A DNA stretch of 64,000 nt. It comes from Haplodiscus bocki. Its lineage: Eukaryota. This document shows positions 51,746-64,000 of this stretch, one piece after another (the stretch's first letter is position 1; the number at the start of each line of letters is the position of its first letter). Where the stretch lies: contig CBFHFQ010000233.1 in NCBI GenBank assembly GCA_965655095.1, positions 1 to 64,000 on the forward strand, written 5' to 3'. Under the pieces are notes generated by a model. It did not search any database. It was not told the DNA's origin and was given only the letters and a program-made list of their open reading frames with translations. The position numbers and the translations under genes were made by a program.

Positions 51746-52864
51746 CCGGGTTGAGCTCTCATTGACTACCATCGATGGACTATCAATCTCCATTGATGGC
51801 TGTTACACTTTTAGTGTTGGTTATCGATGGACCATCGATAGAAATCGATAGAACTCGATAGAAATCGATGGAACAATTTTTCTCAGAAAAAGGAAAATGT
51901 CTCCATAACAAGGTTGCAACGCTCAGAAAAATATTGTCTCAATGAAAAAACCTCTAGAATTTATGATAGTCTCTAGAAATTAACACTTTACTCTGCTCCA
52001 GTTTTATCCTGTCAACTTTTCGTCAGGCTGATATTTTTTCTTCAAGGTCTGCGAAGTTTTGGAAAAGTCACAGGAGTAAAATCTAGATACTTTTGAAAAA
52101 TGAATGGAATTCTTGGGTCAGTACAGTTGTACTCTAGAACATAAAAGCTCTCAAAAATCATGTTTTTATTTTGAACTTTTATTTTAGAAAGCAAAAAATT
52201 AAGATATTCAAAAACGACATATAGGCCAAAAATCACCGACAGCATCGTCGTTAAAACGGACGTAATCTATCATAAAGCATCATTAAAAAGCAGAAAACCT
52301 TTGATGTTATTCGTTTTTAGATATTATTCCACAAATATATTTTTCTTTTAAAAACGTAAAAACAAAAAAAACACAGACTTTTCAACACAAAGATCCTAAA
52401 ATAAGCATAATATCACCGACAACCTTTTCGTTAAGACGGACATAATCTAGAATAAAGCCTGATAAAGCAAAATCTTTAGATTTTATTCATTTTTTGGATC
52501 TTATTCTTTTTTTTTCTAAATAGGTAAAAAACCCGAATTCAATATTACCCAGTCTAAGCCAAAAAATCCTAGCTGTCAAGCGGTTTCAGGAAATGCGGTG
52601 CCAAAAACTTCCTTAATGCTATCTGGATAACCTTTAGAAAAAAAAAAGAATTTTAAAATGATTCTTCAGCATTTTCTGGAACTCGGCCATTACTTGGAAT
52701 TTTTGTATCATGGTTCAATTTTCCATCAATTATAATCAATTATAACGATTAAATTGGAATTTGAAAATTTAAATGATAGCCATCGATGGCCCATCAATGG
52801 CAATCGATTTCAATTTTGAAATCTTGATGACCATCGAATCTTATCAATGGTTGGTCAACCCGGG
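51746..52864. mobile_element. CMC/EnSpm-like non-autonomous element
   Basis: CCGGGTTGA...TCAACCCGGG termini; subterminal CCATCGATGG clusters at both ends; internal ~180-bp duplication (~52232 and ~52412); TSD unclear. Confidence 0.7.
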
Positions 52865-54480
52865 AATACATACTTGACGCAGCTTGACCTTCACAAGTTA
52901 TGTATGGAGTTTGCGGGAACTTTCTTGAATTTTGTCTCTATTTTGACTTGAAATGATAGCAATGGAGAAGACACTAGAAAAATGAGCAGAAGAGATTCAC
53001 AAAATATTGGAAATTGGCCTTGAGAACAAGGCAAAAGAAGCAGGAGTTTGCATGCTTTTAAATTGAAACGAAAATTTTGAAGCTTTCATCAAAGTTCCAA
53101 AATTCACCATTTTTTATAGCAGTCATCTCGGATTGTTTGAACAAACTTTGATTTTTCGGTACACCCTGCAAGCTTTGGTTTTTTTGATAGTGTCGGGTTA
53201 TTCCGATCATTCTGAATTGAAAGGCAATTCAGATACTGTGCCCCTTGGTTATATATAATTTACGTCTGAACTCTCAATTTTTACGGGACTGTTTTCTCGA
53301 AGATCTTAACAGAGAAACATCACATCCTTCAAAGTTTGAAAAGCGAGTCCTATCCCCAAAATACTGAATTTTACTACTTTGCCAGAATTTTATTTTGGAA
53401 TTTATGGATTTTTCGAAAAATGACAGAACAAAGCCCGAAAACGGAGCACCTTTACAAAGGTTGAAATTTGGTTCACATGTTTGCTGAAAAGTGATTTATA
53501 AATAGAAAATGGAAAATTTGAATCATAATACAAATAGGCCAAATTTTAAGGTTATATCAATATTCGTGCCCAAAATACACCAAAAAGACCTAATTTTTGG
53601 CAATATATCTGAGACGCCAGTATCTCAAAATTGAGGCCACAAATTACAAGCAACTGTCGTTTACCGCTTCGCTTACAACATTCCTCGGGAGCTTGAATAA
53701 ACCGCAAAATTGCACAATTCATAGCAAAGCGGTTGAGTGGTGTTTAAATAATGTAACCGAAACTAACTTCTACTAATAATGCATCTCAAATCGATACTTG
53801 TTGATGACACGATAAGAATTATAACTAGTTAGCAAGTATTTGATGCCCAGAGAAACCAGAAATTTCACTTATAGCTTACAAAATTACTAAACTTGACAGT
53901 GTAACGATTAAATTTGTTTGCCAACCGTTAACAAAATCTTAAACATATTTAGCCTAACGAGGTCGGGCTTTAATATCTCGGAGCTGTTCTTTACGCCGTG
54001 AATGTTTCGGGTCTGTGGTTAGTAGAATTGCCGTTGGTTCCAAATCAAACAAATAGCAAGTAACTTCGTTTGTGTTAACTTCACAAAAACCTTTCGTTAT
54101 TTTTCAAAAGCATGAGAACCTTTCCCGGTTTGCGGCAAAAAAAAATGAAACGAAGAGGAACTTAGAAGGAATGTTTCGAGCTTCGTATTGCATAACACTT
54201 AGGATACATCGCTAAGAAATCGTATCGGGGTTCATCTGTCAAAGAAGTCATAATCTTTCCTTTATTCACGCAGATGAAGTACCTTAAAATGTTTTCTTCG
54301 GATGAACCGAGTCCAGTGAAATCCACATTTGGTTCTTGTTCAGATTACACTTCAAAACATACAATTTTTTTGTGCTAAACGTTTTCCTGATTTCACATAT
54401 CACATATTTTGTAAGGAAGATTGCAAATTGTTGATATAAGAGAACAATTTTAAGAAAAAGCTAACTCAGGTATTATTGGA

Positions 54481-54953
54481 ACTGTTTGTGATATCACAAA
54501 GGAATAGGGTCTATTGCTTTTCTTAAGAAGATTGACACAAAAAACATCTCGAAGAAAACCATTATTGATCAACCCCGAAGTTTTTATTCTAGAAGATTTT
54601 CAGTTTCAGGTAAATACTTCTGACGATTTCTGATCAAGAAGTGAAACACTGAATATCTGGAAGATTTCACCCTGATCTCGAATTAAGTAATATTGCTACT
54701 TGCAAAAATAATTATATAATTATTTTGCAAGTAGCAATTCACTTAATACGAGATGAGGGTGAAATCTCGCAGAAATTCAGTATTTCAGTTCTAAATCAGA
54801 AATTAACAAAAGTGTTTACCTGAAACTGAAAATCTTCTAGAATGAAAACTTCGGGGTTGATCAATAATGGTTTTCTTCGAGATGTTTTTTGTGTCAATCC
54901 TCTTAAGAAAAACAATAGACCTTATTCCTTTCTCTAAGTTTATGACAAACAGT
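54481..54953. repeat. spacerless palindrome (~470 bp), foldback-like
   Basis: arms mirror around 54715/54716 (AATAATTAT|ATAATTATT) out to ACTGTTTGTGATA / TATGACAAACAGT. Confidence 0.9.
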
Positions 54954-55662
54954 AATCTCTTCTCTGTGGCATGGAAAGTAAAAGATTAGAGCCCTTTTTC
55001 AACGACTTCCAAGCTCAATTTTAGCTTTTGACTAGAGTTGCTTGGTACTGATTTGCCTGATTCAGCGCTGACAAAAATCATAGTTCAAAAACTTCCGCAG
55101 TGGTATATTTTGACCACTTATAGAAACAATCCCGGGTTGACCATACATGCAAATCATAAAGGCCACCATAGGGTACCTATCATACAGAACAAAGATCCTT
55201 TCCGTTAACTCTCCCTTTCGAATTAACTCCCTCACACTATAATCGATATGCGAAAAAAACAACGTATGGTACAACGCACGCGCAAGTGAAACTTAGCCAA
55301 TCAGAGATCAGTTAACTTCTGCTCCAGCATCAGTTAAAACTCCCGTCACGACCGGTTGAGGGAGTTAACAGATGATAATCAAGAGCACTTTATGATCTTG
55401 CTACAATTTTCATGGCATGAAAGAACTACATAGGCCTTTTACGATTTTCAAGTCATCATACTATGATAACTTCAAGAATTTCGTGTTTCTTTTGAAAAAT
55501 GAAAACAACAATTTTCGATTTGTTAATTTCATAATTTCGACTAATTTGAAGAGTTTATTAATTTTCGCCGTATATGTAATATACAAGAAAAAAATTAATT
55601 CAGTAGCATCGTAATTCTTTTTTTCAGACCAAAATTGCCAACTCTTTTTATTCACAAATAAA

Positions 55663-56160
55663 TGACAGCGGTAGGCTTAGGACAACAAGGTTCTCAAGCA
55701 GTAGGTTCGGGGTTTGAGTCACTGCCCTGCCAAAAAGTTTTACGATTTATCCCTAACATTTTTCGAATCCCGAAATTAGTGAAACACTAAGGGGTTCCCC
55801 TACGAAATTTTTTGGTACTGTGGGACAAAAAGTTTTCGACGGAAAATCTTGATACCTCCCTCCCTCTTATCCCTAACATTTTTCGATAACAGACATTTTC
55901 TGAAACACAAAAGGGTGCCTCCACGAAATTTTTCGGCACTGTGAGACAATAATTTTTCAAGGGAAAATCGTGATACCCTTTTGCATAAAGTACAGAAATC
56001 AGTGGTGGAATTGATTTGAAAAACTCAATATCAAATTTGAAAGCTAATATCAAAACAGTAGTTTTGTTTTTCACCGTTTGCAAAAATCTATCAAAATATT
56101 TGTAGTTGGGCGAAAAATATGCCGGTGCTAGCCGGCCGTCTTGTTATAATATTCATAGGC
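55663..56160 (+). mobile_element. interspersed repeat with tRNA-like head and ~125-bp tandem body (SINE-like or Helentron-associated)
   Basis: GACAGCGGTAGGC...GGTTCGGGGTTTGAGTCACTGCCCTGCCA head with a decayed B-box; repeated TTATCCCTAACATTTTTCGA...ACGAAATTTTT.GG.ACTGTG.GACAA unit. Confidence 0.5.
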
Positions 56161-58178
56161 CAAGTTTTGTTGAGCATTAAATGTGAAACACATCAAAAAA
56201 TATCTAATTCAATGCCAATTGAATTTTGCGAAACAGAAAAAGCAAAACTGAAAGGTGTGCACCGTAATGCATGTAAATACTTGAAACCCCGGTTAACTTC
56301 AGCCGGCCAGCAGGTTCCAACAACAAGTACACTTTGTACTTTTTACTGTTTCCTGTACTGATGGATTGTCTGAATGTGCAAAATAACAGTTTCGGATGTT
56401 TCTAACTAAACTGCTTGGTGTAAATGAATTTACATCAATATACATCTCTTGATCTCTTGACCGATTCAATGCGATGTCTCACTGAATAGGATCAGAGAGC
56501 TAAATACCTGAACATTGGCTTATATCAGTTCCCATTTACAACACTGTGAAAAGATGTTCAGCAGTGCAAGGGTAATTTTAGGACTTTGAGGACAATGTAA
56601 ATATAATCAATGCGAGTTAGTTTCATAGCATACTTATTTGGTCGTCCGAATGAGAAAACTGTGAAAAACGATGTGACCTCCATTCGATGCCTCAACTTTT
56701 AGAATCATTTGGCTTCACCGATTCACCTCAGTAATCGATGCCGACTGATGAGCATTCATTTCTCACTACTGCTTTCTACTTACGTCTGTTTCGACGTAAA
56801 ATAAATACTTAGCATATTGTAGCTCAGCTTTATGTGAAAACCTATCTCACAAGCAGGTTCAGAACAAAAATTTACAACAATTAGTGTTGAAAACTACAGA
56901 ACTTGTCCCATTACGTTAGAGCTATGAAGTCTTTAACAAAATTATTATTTCATAATGTAGCCGCCATTTTTAACCTAGTTAGTCGATTTCAAATAAATCT
57001 GTAAAAATTTGAATGATTACATTCTAATACGCAATACTTATCACTGAGGTGAAATTGTGCTTCACACTCTACAGGTAATAAACGGCATAACTCACTAAGA
57101 GCACATCAGAGGTCAAAAGTAGTTCAAAATGCGTCTTGCTATTAACTAGATGACTCGCTATCACTGCCGTTTGGACAAACTCACTCAGCAAAAAACGAGA
57201 AGCTACAATACTGATGAGTTGCTCTAGATAAATTAAATCGATCCTCGACTTACTTCAACCTTGTAAACACTCTAATTCATAACTTTACTCTTCTTACACT
57301 CGCAATGAAATATCGGCAAATATGACAAACATTAATTCAAGTCCTGAAACCTGAATGATCTTCTCTACAATAGACAAATCATTCACTCAAAAATGGTCGA
57401 AGAATACACTCTCATAGGAGCAATTCAAATCATGCATTCGAACAGAAATTAACCCTGTGAGCAAACAATTTGTTGTTTTGATCTAGTTATTACAGAGACT
57501 GATATCGCATCCACCCCAAAATCCCCAGCAGACGAGGTGAAGAACCTCGCAAGTGCAACAATCGTTCCTTTGTTAAAAAACCACTGATAAACAAGGTAGG
57601 AACGGCCCAAATCGACGCCGCCTGTAAGGCATAAAATATCCATGGAGAGCCCGTTGTTTTTTTAGATAATTTAACGCTTTTACCACAAAAAATGGTAAAG
57701 TCACATTTTCAGATGTGAAGGTATTAGGGGGCGAAAATGCTACATTCAGAAAATACTGGATGGGCAAAATGCCTTACTTAATGAAAACTGTTGCATGCTG
57801 TAGTTTCTGGTAAGTATCGTTTGAAAATTAAATCTCTCGCTCTTCCATTTGAAATGATGAAAATATCTGCGCCGAAAATTTCACTAAGTTAGTATTGAAA
57901 ATTTCGCAGACTTTATGAACTGAGCAGTTCGTAGTTTTACTCGGTAAAATAGCACTGTAATCGGTGAGGACTTTTGTTGTCCATGTATCAAACTCCTTTC
58001 TTGACATAGCTAGCTGTCAACTAATATGATCAAGCCTTTCGCTGACGCCATTTTATTTTAGAGATATTCACGCGCTTTTTGCGGCGATTTTTACGAAACA
58101 AAACTTGAATGTGGTGTGTATCATTTTCCTTCCATATATATGGAAGACAGGAAATAATGGAACACATTCGATTTTTAG

Positions 58179-58651
58179 GAGGCCTGATTGACAGAACGTT
58201 ACACCAACTTGCGAAAGATGTTGAGGAGAAAGGAATAATTGCATTGGACAAGAAACTTCAATTGAAACGCCAAAATTGTCTGCATCAACCTGAGCAAGCA
58301 GAATTGAAGAAAAGTTTCAGTGAAGAACCCGGCGGCGCTACATTACCAACTACTTTCGTCAAACAAACTGATGACCACTTCAAAATGCCTGCAAAATTTC
58401 ACAATGATGCTCCTTCCAAGCACCACGGACCACGGCCGAGGACTGAGACCATTGCTCCCCTTGATATGGGCAAAGACGAGACCCTCCCTCATGATACGGC
58501 AACACCCCACTCCACGTTTTATACTCCAACAGTTTCTGCGGCAGAAGTAAAGAACCAAGCACGACGAAGAAAAGACAAAAAAGTGCGTCAAGAGGCCAGT
58601 ATTGCAGAAGGATACGGATATGACGTCATCGAAAAATCTGAAATTGGTTAT
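58179..58651 (+). CDS. probable host exon, unknown low-complexity protein
   Basis: within the longest gap-free ORF of the window (188 aa), GC-elevated; atttttag acceptor and phase-0 donor TAT|gttagt. Confidence 0.5.
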
Positions 58652-59778
58652 GTTAGTAACAGTTTGCAACATTAATTGTAAACGTTCTAAATTTTGCCAA
58701 ATTTGGACCAAAGATTGTCAAATGCGGAATATGGAGATCATATCATGAAAAAAGACGTTTGAATGTGTCAATTACACCGAGTGAGAAATAACACAATTCA
58801 AATTAATTGAACAGATAAATTCATTTCAAGTGAACAACATTGAGGTTCCTGTGGACAAAAATATGGTTTCTTACATCTTGGTTTAATTCACACTTTCTCC
58901 ATGGATTTTGAAAGCTATTAATTAGATAGTTGTATTAGGACAATGTCATTTAAATTAGTACATTTAATTTGAAATTATCAAACGCTTTGGCTTCATACTA
59001 GTAGCTGACCAATGTGTCTCGGATCCGGATCTGTCCAATTGAAATTGGATTGATGAAACTTCAATCAAACCGAAAGCAGTGCAATCCATGGGTTTGTTGT
59101 TATAAATCCGTGTTAAGGAAAATGGCAGGTTTTTAAGTAGCATGCGCATGGTCGATTTTCTGCCAAAAAAAAACATTTCAAAGATCTTACATAGAAATTT
59201 TTGTTAGTTCTCTTTGCACCAATATGCAACTAAAGTTGGATTTGAAAAATCATGAATATTGTTTTAGGCAATATACAAAAGCATGTAAAAGTTCCAGGCA
59301 AGCTCAGTTGGGGTCTGTACTGATATTCGGAAAATTGTTTCGAGGGGAAAGAAAGTATACTTGATCTTTTTCTATTCGTTTGGCCCAAAATGAAATGCTT
59401 TCAGATTAAAATCTTAAAATTGAAGATTTTGAATAGCTAATGCTGTTGAAATAAATGAATTTTGATTTGGTTGGTTTTTTAGCAACACATTGATAGCCTG
59501 AATTTTTGTTACTCTTTGAAGATATTTTGAATTAGAAAAAGCAGTATTAATTTATACAATTTCATTTTCAGTTCAAATATTGAAAATGAAGCCCTACCAT
59601 CTTCGTAAATTTTTTGTATTTTTTTAACTTGTATTTATTGTTCTGTTAGTTTTAGAACATCAGCTGCCATTAAATGCTCTTCTTTGTCTTCATGTTTGTC
59701 GCCAGCTTTCTCAACTGAAGACTTGAACTTCACAAAGAATCAATTGTCCGAATGTCTCAAAATGCTGATTGTGTTTAG

Positions 59779-60099
59779 ATGGCATCACACAGCTATGAAT
59801 CATTGAAAGACGCCCCAGATTCAGGGTTGGGAATAGACGAGAACAATGAGCTGGCGTTCCAACATTCCAAGATGTTAGAAGAAATGAATGAAGTCATTCC
59901 CCGTCCCCCGTACTGCGTGCTTCCTCGCAAGACCAGCACTGCGAATTTACCATCACCTCCTCTCCCCGAAGAGGTCACAACCTCTTCAGAAATAGCTTCC
60001 CCCACTGGACCTGGCTGTGCTCGATCAGAATCAATGCCCTACAGGACAAAATTACAGAGCATTATAAAGCAAGAATTTTTCATACCTTTTCTTTCATGA
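59779..60099 (+). CDS. probable downstream exon of the same gene (Pro/Ser-rich)
   Basis: gtgtttag acceptor directly before the ORF, phase 0 and compatible with the 58651 donor; GC-elevated. Confidence 0.5.
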   Translation: MASHSYESLKDAPDSGLGIDENNELAFQHSKMLEEMNEVIPRPPYCVLPRKTSTANLPSPPLPEEVTTSSEIASPTGPGCARSESMPYRTKLQSIIKQEFFIPFLS

Positions 60100-62509
60100 A
60101 AAAAAATTACCTCTTCATCAAAAGCGGACCGTAAGCTAGAGCTTGCACGAAATAACTATGGTGCCTATCGCCGAGTCAAACTTCGCTCCCATTCCATCTT
60201 ATCAAAAAGAATCAACAGTGAAGGCGTGTTCTTGCGAGAAGAAACAGAAAAATAGCCCTTATTACCTTCAAAAATAGTGATGTTAACAGGCGTTCCACTG
60301 AAATTTAACGAAGGATACCTGACTTTTGTTGGAAAAGTTAACCGTGAACTAACATTCCCATGATGCTTTTATTCAAAATGTTTTTCCGTAATAGGCAAAA
60401 ATTTTGGGCCGAACCCCGTAACAATACCTCTCCAGGAGTTGAAAAGTGAACGAAAAAATGAGTCTAAAAGACCTCGGCTAGTCAACCTTCAAAGAAATAT
60501 TCTATTCCTTTTACAATGTCATAATTCTTCTACATCATAAAAAACTCAAGTTATCATTCAACACTAACAATTTTCTCATTTTGAGAGACCAGATTCAATG
60601 CACGAATTATGTTGTCACAACTTGGGCATGTGTTGTGTCATTTCTTAGTTTTCCCCACAAATTTTTTTATTTATTTAAGAAACATTACTCATTTAGTAGG
60701 GTCGTTTTTCTTTTTTTTCAGTTTATTTTGCTACGTTTTTTTTCCAGAATTTGTGAAGGTCAGGCAAACTTCATGCTCCAGACTTGTTAAAGTCCTGTAT
60801 ATTACACAGCTGCGGTGTCATCGGAAACAGCAGACCCAAGCTGCAAGGTTCGATTCCCTGTACGAGTCAACTTTTTGTTTCCAGGAGTTTTCACAGATAT
60901 TTAATTCAATTTTGTCCAAAGGTAGTTTTTTTCGAAAGATATTCGGGTTTTTTGAGAAATTAGCTTCTGCTTCCCGGAAAATCTCATCTTTTCTCCATAT
61001 ATGAAAGAATTCAACCCAATTCAATTGCCCCTAAAATTGGGGAAAAAACTCGGGATTATCTAATACTTTTGTAATATGAAATGTTTTCTTGAGAAAACTT
61101 CGAAATTCAAAAAATTCAAAATTTTGAATTCTTTTCCTGGAAAGCTTCAAGTATCTGTATAAAGTTTTTCTGTCTAGCCATCACCAACCACCAAAGCCAT
61201 TCAAAAACATTTTGCCAAAAACACTTCTTTCTGTAGTCCCTACAGTGCGACCGGGTCGAAGAAGAACAAAAAGCCTACATTTATTATTCTCGAGATTGAA
61301 AGTCACTTTCTTCCGAAGCCACCGCCTGGAATTTTTGAGCCAATGCCTCTATCGGCTGTTTGCTAATAAATAAAAGTTTTTCGAAAACAATGTTGCCGAT
61401 GCAGGTCCTTGCATAGGAAACTTTATAGACCGCAATAGTCAGAAGGTGCAAACTTGATTATATTTTTCCCGAGAAATAAACCTATATTTTTCTAAATTTG
61501 CATTTCTGCCATTATGGATTCAAGCAAAGTCTACCAAAAAAATGACTACTCGGATGTGGGATGTTGTGTTTCCTTCCTCACGAAAAAAAACATGGTAGGT
61601 CAAATTCACCAAAAAGTGAATACCTGTATGATTCATCGTGATACTCAAACTCAATTTCTTCAATACAAGCTTCTAGCTTTCTAAAGTCAAAGTCTCAGTC
61701 AACGGTTTTCAAATTGCCAAACATTATTCTAAAAAAGCAGTAAAGTATGAGTCCTTTGCATCGGATACCATATGCACCGAAGAAACCACAGAGTGGAAAA
61801 AATTAATTTCTCCTGAGTTTTCAAACTAATTTTCCAGACAACTGGTAGCAATTCTTCCAACAAAGTCTCATTTGGAAACTCTGCTTTTGAAAACTCGATT
61901 TCAAACCCATTTCTTGAATTTTGATTCTTCTAACGGAAACCTGAGAGGACAAAATCGCCTCAAATTTTGTTAAATAGGATCCTCCTCTACATGAAATTTA
62001 TTTTTGTTTAAGACTAATGGCTCATTTTTTTCATCACGGTGTCAGACGACTTACTTTTTTGTAAACAATTTCAAAATATGACTTTCTGTATTTAATTGCT
62101 CTAACGAAAATTTTAGTTGGCTTAATTTGCCAAAACTTCCTAGGCGTCTGGTTCTTCTTGAAGTTCCAACTCATATATTTCCAAAACCACCAGATTCACT
62201 TGTTCCACCAAGGTCTTACTGGACAATTGAATCCATGTGAAAAGTATGCGATTTACATATTGCAACTTACGTTGCAGTTGTACGCCCATAGGCCAAAACT
62301 GGCAAAAAAGCAATTCTTTCATGCTTTTCTTTATAGTCAGACGCGTTTTTCTCATGACCTACGAGCTGCATTTTCACTATGAAGGTCTCACTAGTAAGTT
62401 TCATTTTTTCTCAAAACTTCAATTAAATTTCTTTTTCAGTTGTTATACTTTCCTTCTGACTTCTGAGTCCTCATAAAATGATTTGGCCAACAAATGCAGA
62501 AAACTATCG

Positions 62510-63164
62510 AAACTGATTTATTATTCTAATCATCATCGTTTTTTATTCTTTTTGCATTTACTTGTTTAATACTATCGGTTAATTCATGTTTTGAATCCAA
62601 TATGGTTTATACTCGAAAGAAGAGACAACAAAATAAGAGGCTCTTTAGTCAGTTAAGCGAATTTGATACCAAGTTCATGGTTGAACAAAACAATCATGAA
62701 TCCCAAACTGGGAATAAGGTTAACGTGGCTCGCGGAGATATCCCTTTAAATAATGCAAACAATCCAACTCAATTTAGTGGTTCACAAGTGGATATGTACA
62801 GACTTGAGAAAAACATTGTTAATGATGTACGAAGAGAAGTGGATAGTGTGATGACAACGGTCGAAAAAAGAGTACATGACGCAGTATTGACCGCAATAGA
62901 GAGTTTGGTGATTCCTAGAATAGAACTAGCAATGAAATCAGTAAATGCGTCATCTGTAAGTGGGGTGGATAGCGTTGTATTGGATCCAGACCCGAGGGAG
63001 TTTTCAGCATATATCGAAGGCCTTCAATTTACCACCTCAAGTAGAATAAACTTGCACACAGACTTCAATAGAATTGAGGAGACTCATGGTAATATTACCG
63101 TAGAGGGAGGTGATTTGACGGTCATATGGAAAAAAGATTGACCGGCAAGCACACACTCATCACA
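62510..63164 (+). mobile_element. 3' part of an LTR with Gag-like ORF (62602-63141)
   Basis: 179-aa ORF MVYTRKKRQQNKRLFSQL...VRREVDSVMTTVEKRVHDAVLTAIESLVIPRIELAMKSVN; a +1 shift near its end gives DRQAHTHH ending at CATCACA (63164); 5' end and TSD not found. Confidence 0.6.
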
Positions 63165-64000
63165 GTTTGTTCTCATGCAATTTTTTTACTGGTGAAAACA
63201 TATTGGTGATGATCCAGTGCGTTATGAACCCAATAGAGTTCCAATAAAGTGACTAAAAACCCCCGCACAACGGGCCCCTTCGCAATAGAATTCGAACAGT
63301 TTGATTTTTGTTTTTTTCCCTCAAATTTTAGATCTTGGGGTGGAAAATAGTTCGATTTAAGATTAATTGGAAAAAGACAAAATTGATACCTTAAGGATAT
63401 GAATACCAACTTGTTGTGTAATTATTCACTTGTTCAGTGTTTCTAAATCGAAAAAGGAATATGGCGAAGTTTTTGTGAGTACTCTCATGAGTATTGCATG
63501 ACGTTTTTGAATGCTGTGTTGATGTGTACAGCCGAAACGGTCATAAAATATTGAAAAGTCAAGCAATAGGTAATTTTTTGTTCTCCAAGTTTCACTCTTG
63601 TAATGAGAGATTAATGATGCTTCTGAGATGCATAAAAAATAGAAAAATTATTAGCCAGCTTTTCCAGTGTTTTTCAATCATTACCATTTCACCCTTTGTA
63701 GTTTTGCTTATCAGATCAAGGACACAATGACCATTAATTTACATTTTTCATAAGTGACTTTGAGTGTTTTAAAACCAACTTAATCTTAACTAGTTCTAAA
63801 ATTTGAGGTAAACTTGGAAAAATGTCTTCTAAATGTAAAATATCTTCAGTTGCATTTTAAAACTCGGAAAATTTCAGTGGTGTGTTTTTCAGGTAACCAA
63901 AATAACCCGTCATTTTTTGCAAAACGTATTAAAAAAACTTGGAAATTATCAATGCTTCAGACAAATTATAGCCTCGAAAATTTTTATTTCAATCATTTCC

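Noticed and set aside
55663-55732. tRNA gene
   Set aside because: No convincing cloverleaf, decayed B-box, and fused to a tandem repeat body; treated as a repeat head.
57449-57650. piggyBac-like element (TTAACCCT start; TCGACGCCGCC.GTAAGG motif shared with ~3012)
   Set aside because: The shared motif suggests a dispersed repeat, but no matching second terminus or TSD was found.
60810-60870. tRNA/SINE from the B-box GGTTCGATTCC
   Set aside because: Isolated motif with no clear A-box or stems.

Overview
AT-rich, repeat-dense eukaryotic (metazoan-like) genomic DNA with two fixed 200-N scaffold gaps and no prokaryotic operon structure. The repeat families resemble, from memory and unverified, those of acoel worm genomes. 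Main contents: (1) a spliced globin X-like gene or pseudogene on + (exons 6951-7122, 10030-10279, degenerate ~14928-15125) with introns at B12.2 and G7.0 but Asp at the proximal F8 His position; (2) a decayed Polinton/Maverick-type element (~34426 to the gap at 42929) with protein-primed PolB, integrase, putative major capsid protein and A32-like packaging ATPase; (3) up to five LTR-like elements from different families, two with both ends and 5-bp TSDs, in which a Gag-like ORF starts inside the LTR and runs off its 3' end in the same phase; (4) a degraded Ty3/gypsy internal region; (5) non-autonomous DNA transposons (Tc1/mariner foldback, hAT, Mutator, CMC/EnSpm-like) and a spacerless ~470-bp palindrome; (6) a few probable host exons. 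All calls come from manual reading, with no database search.
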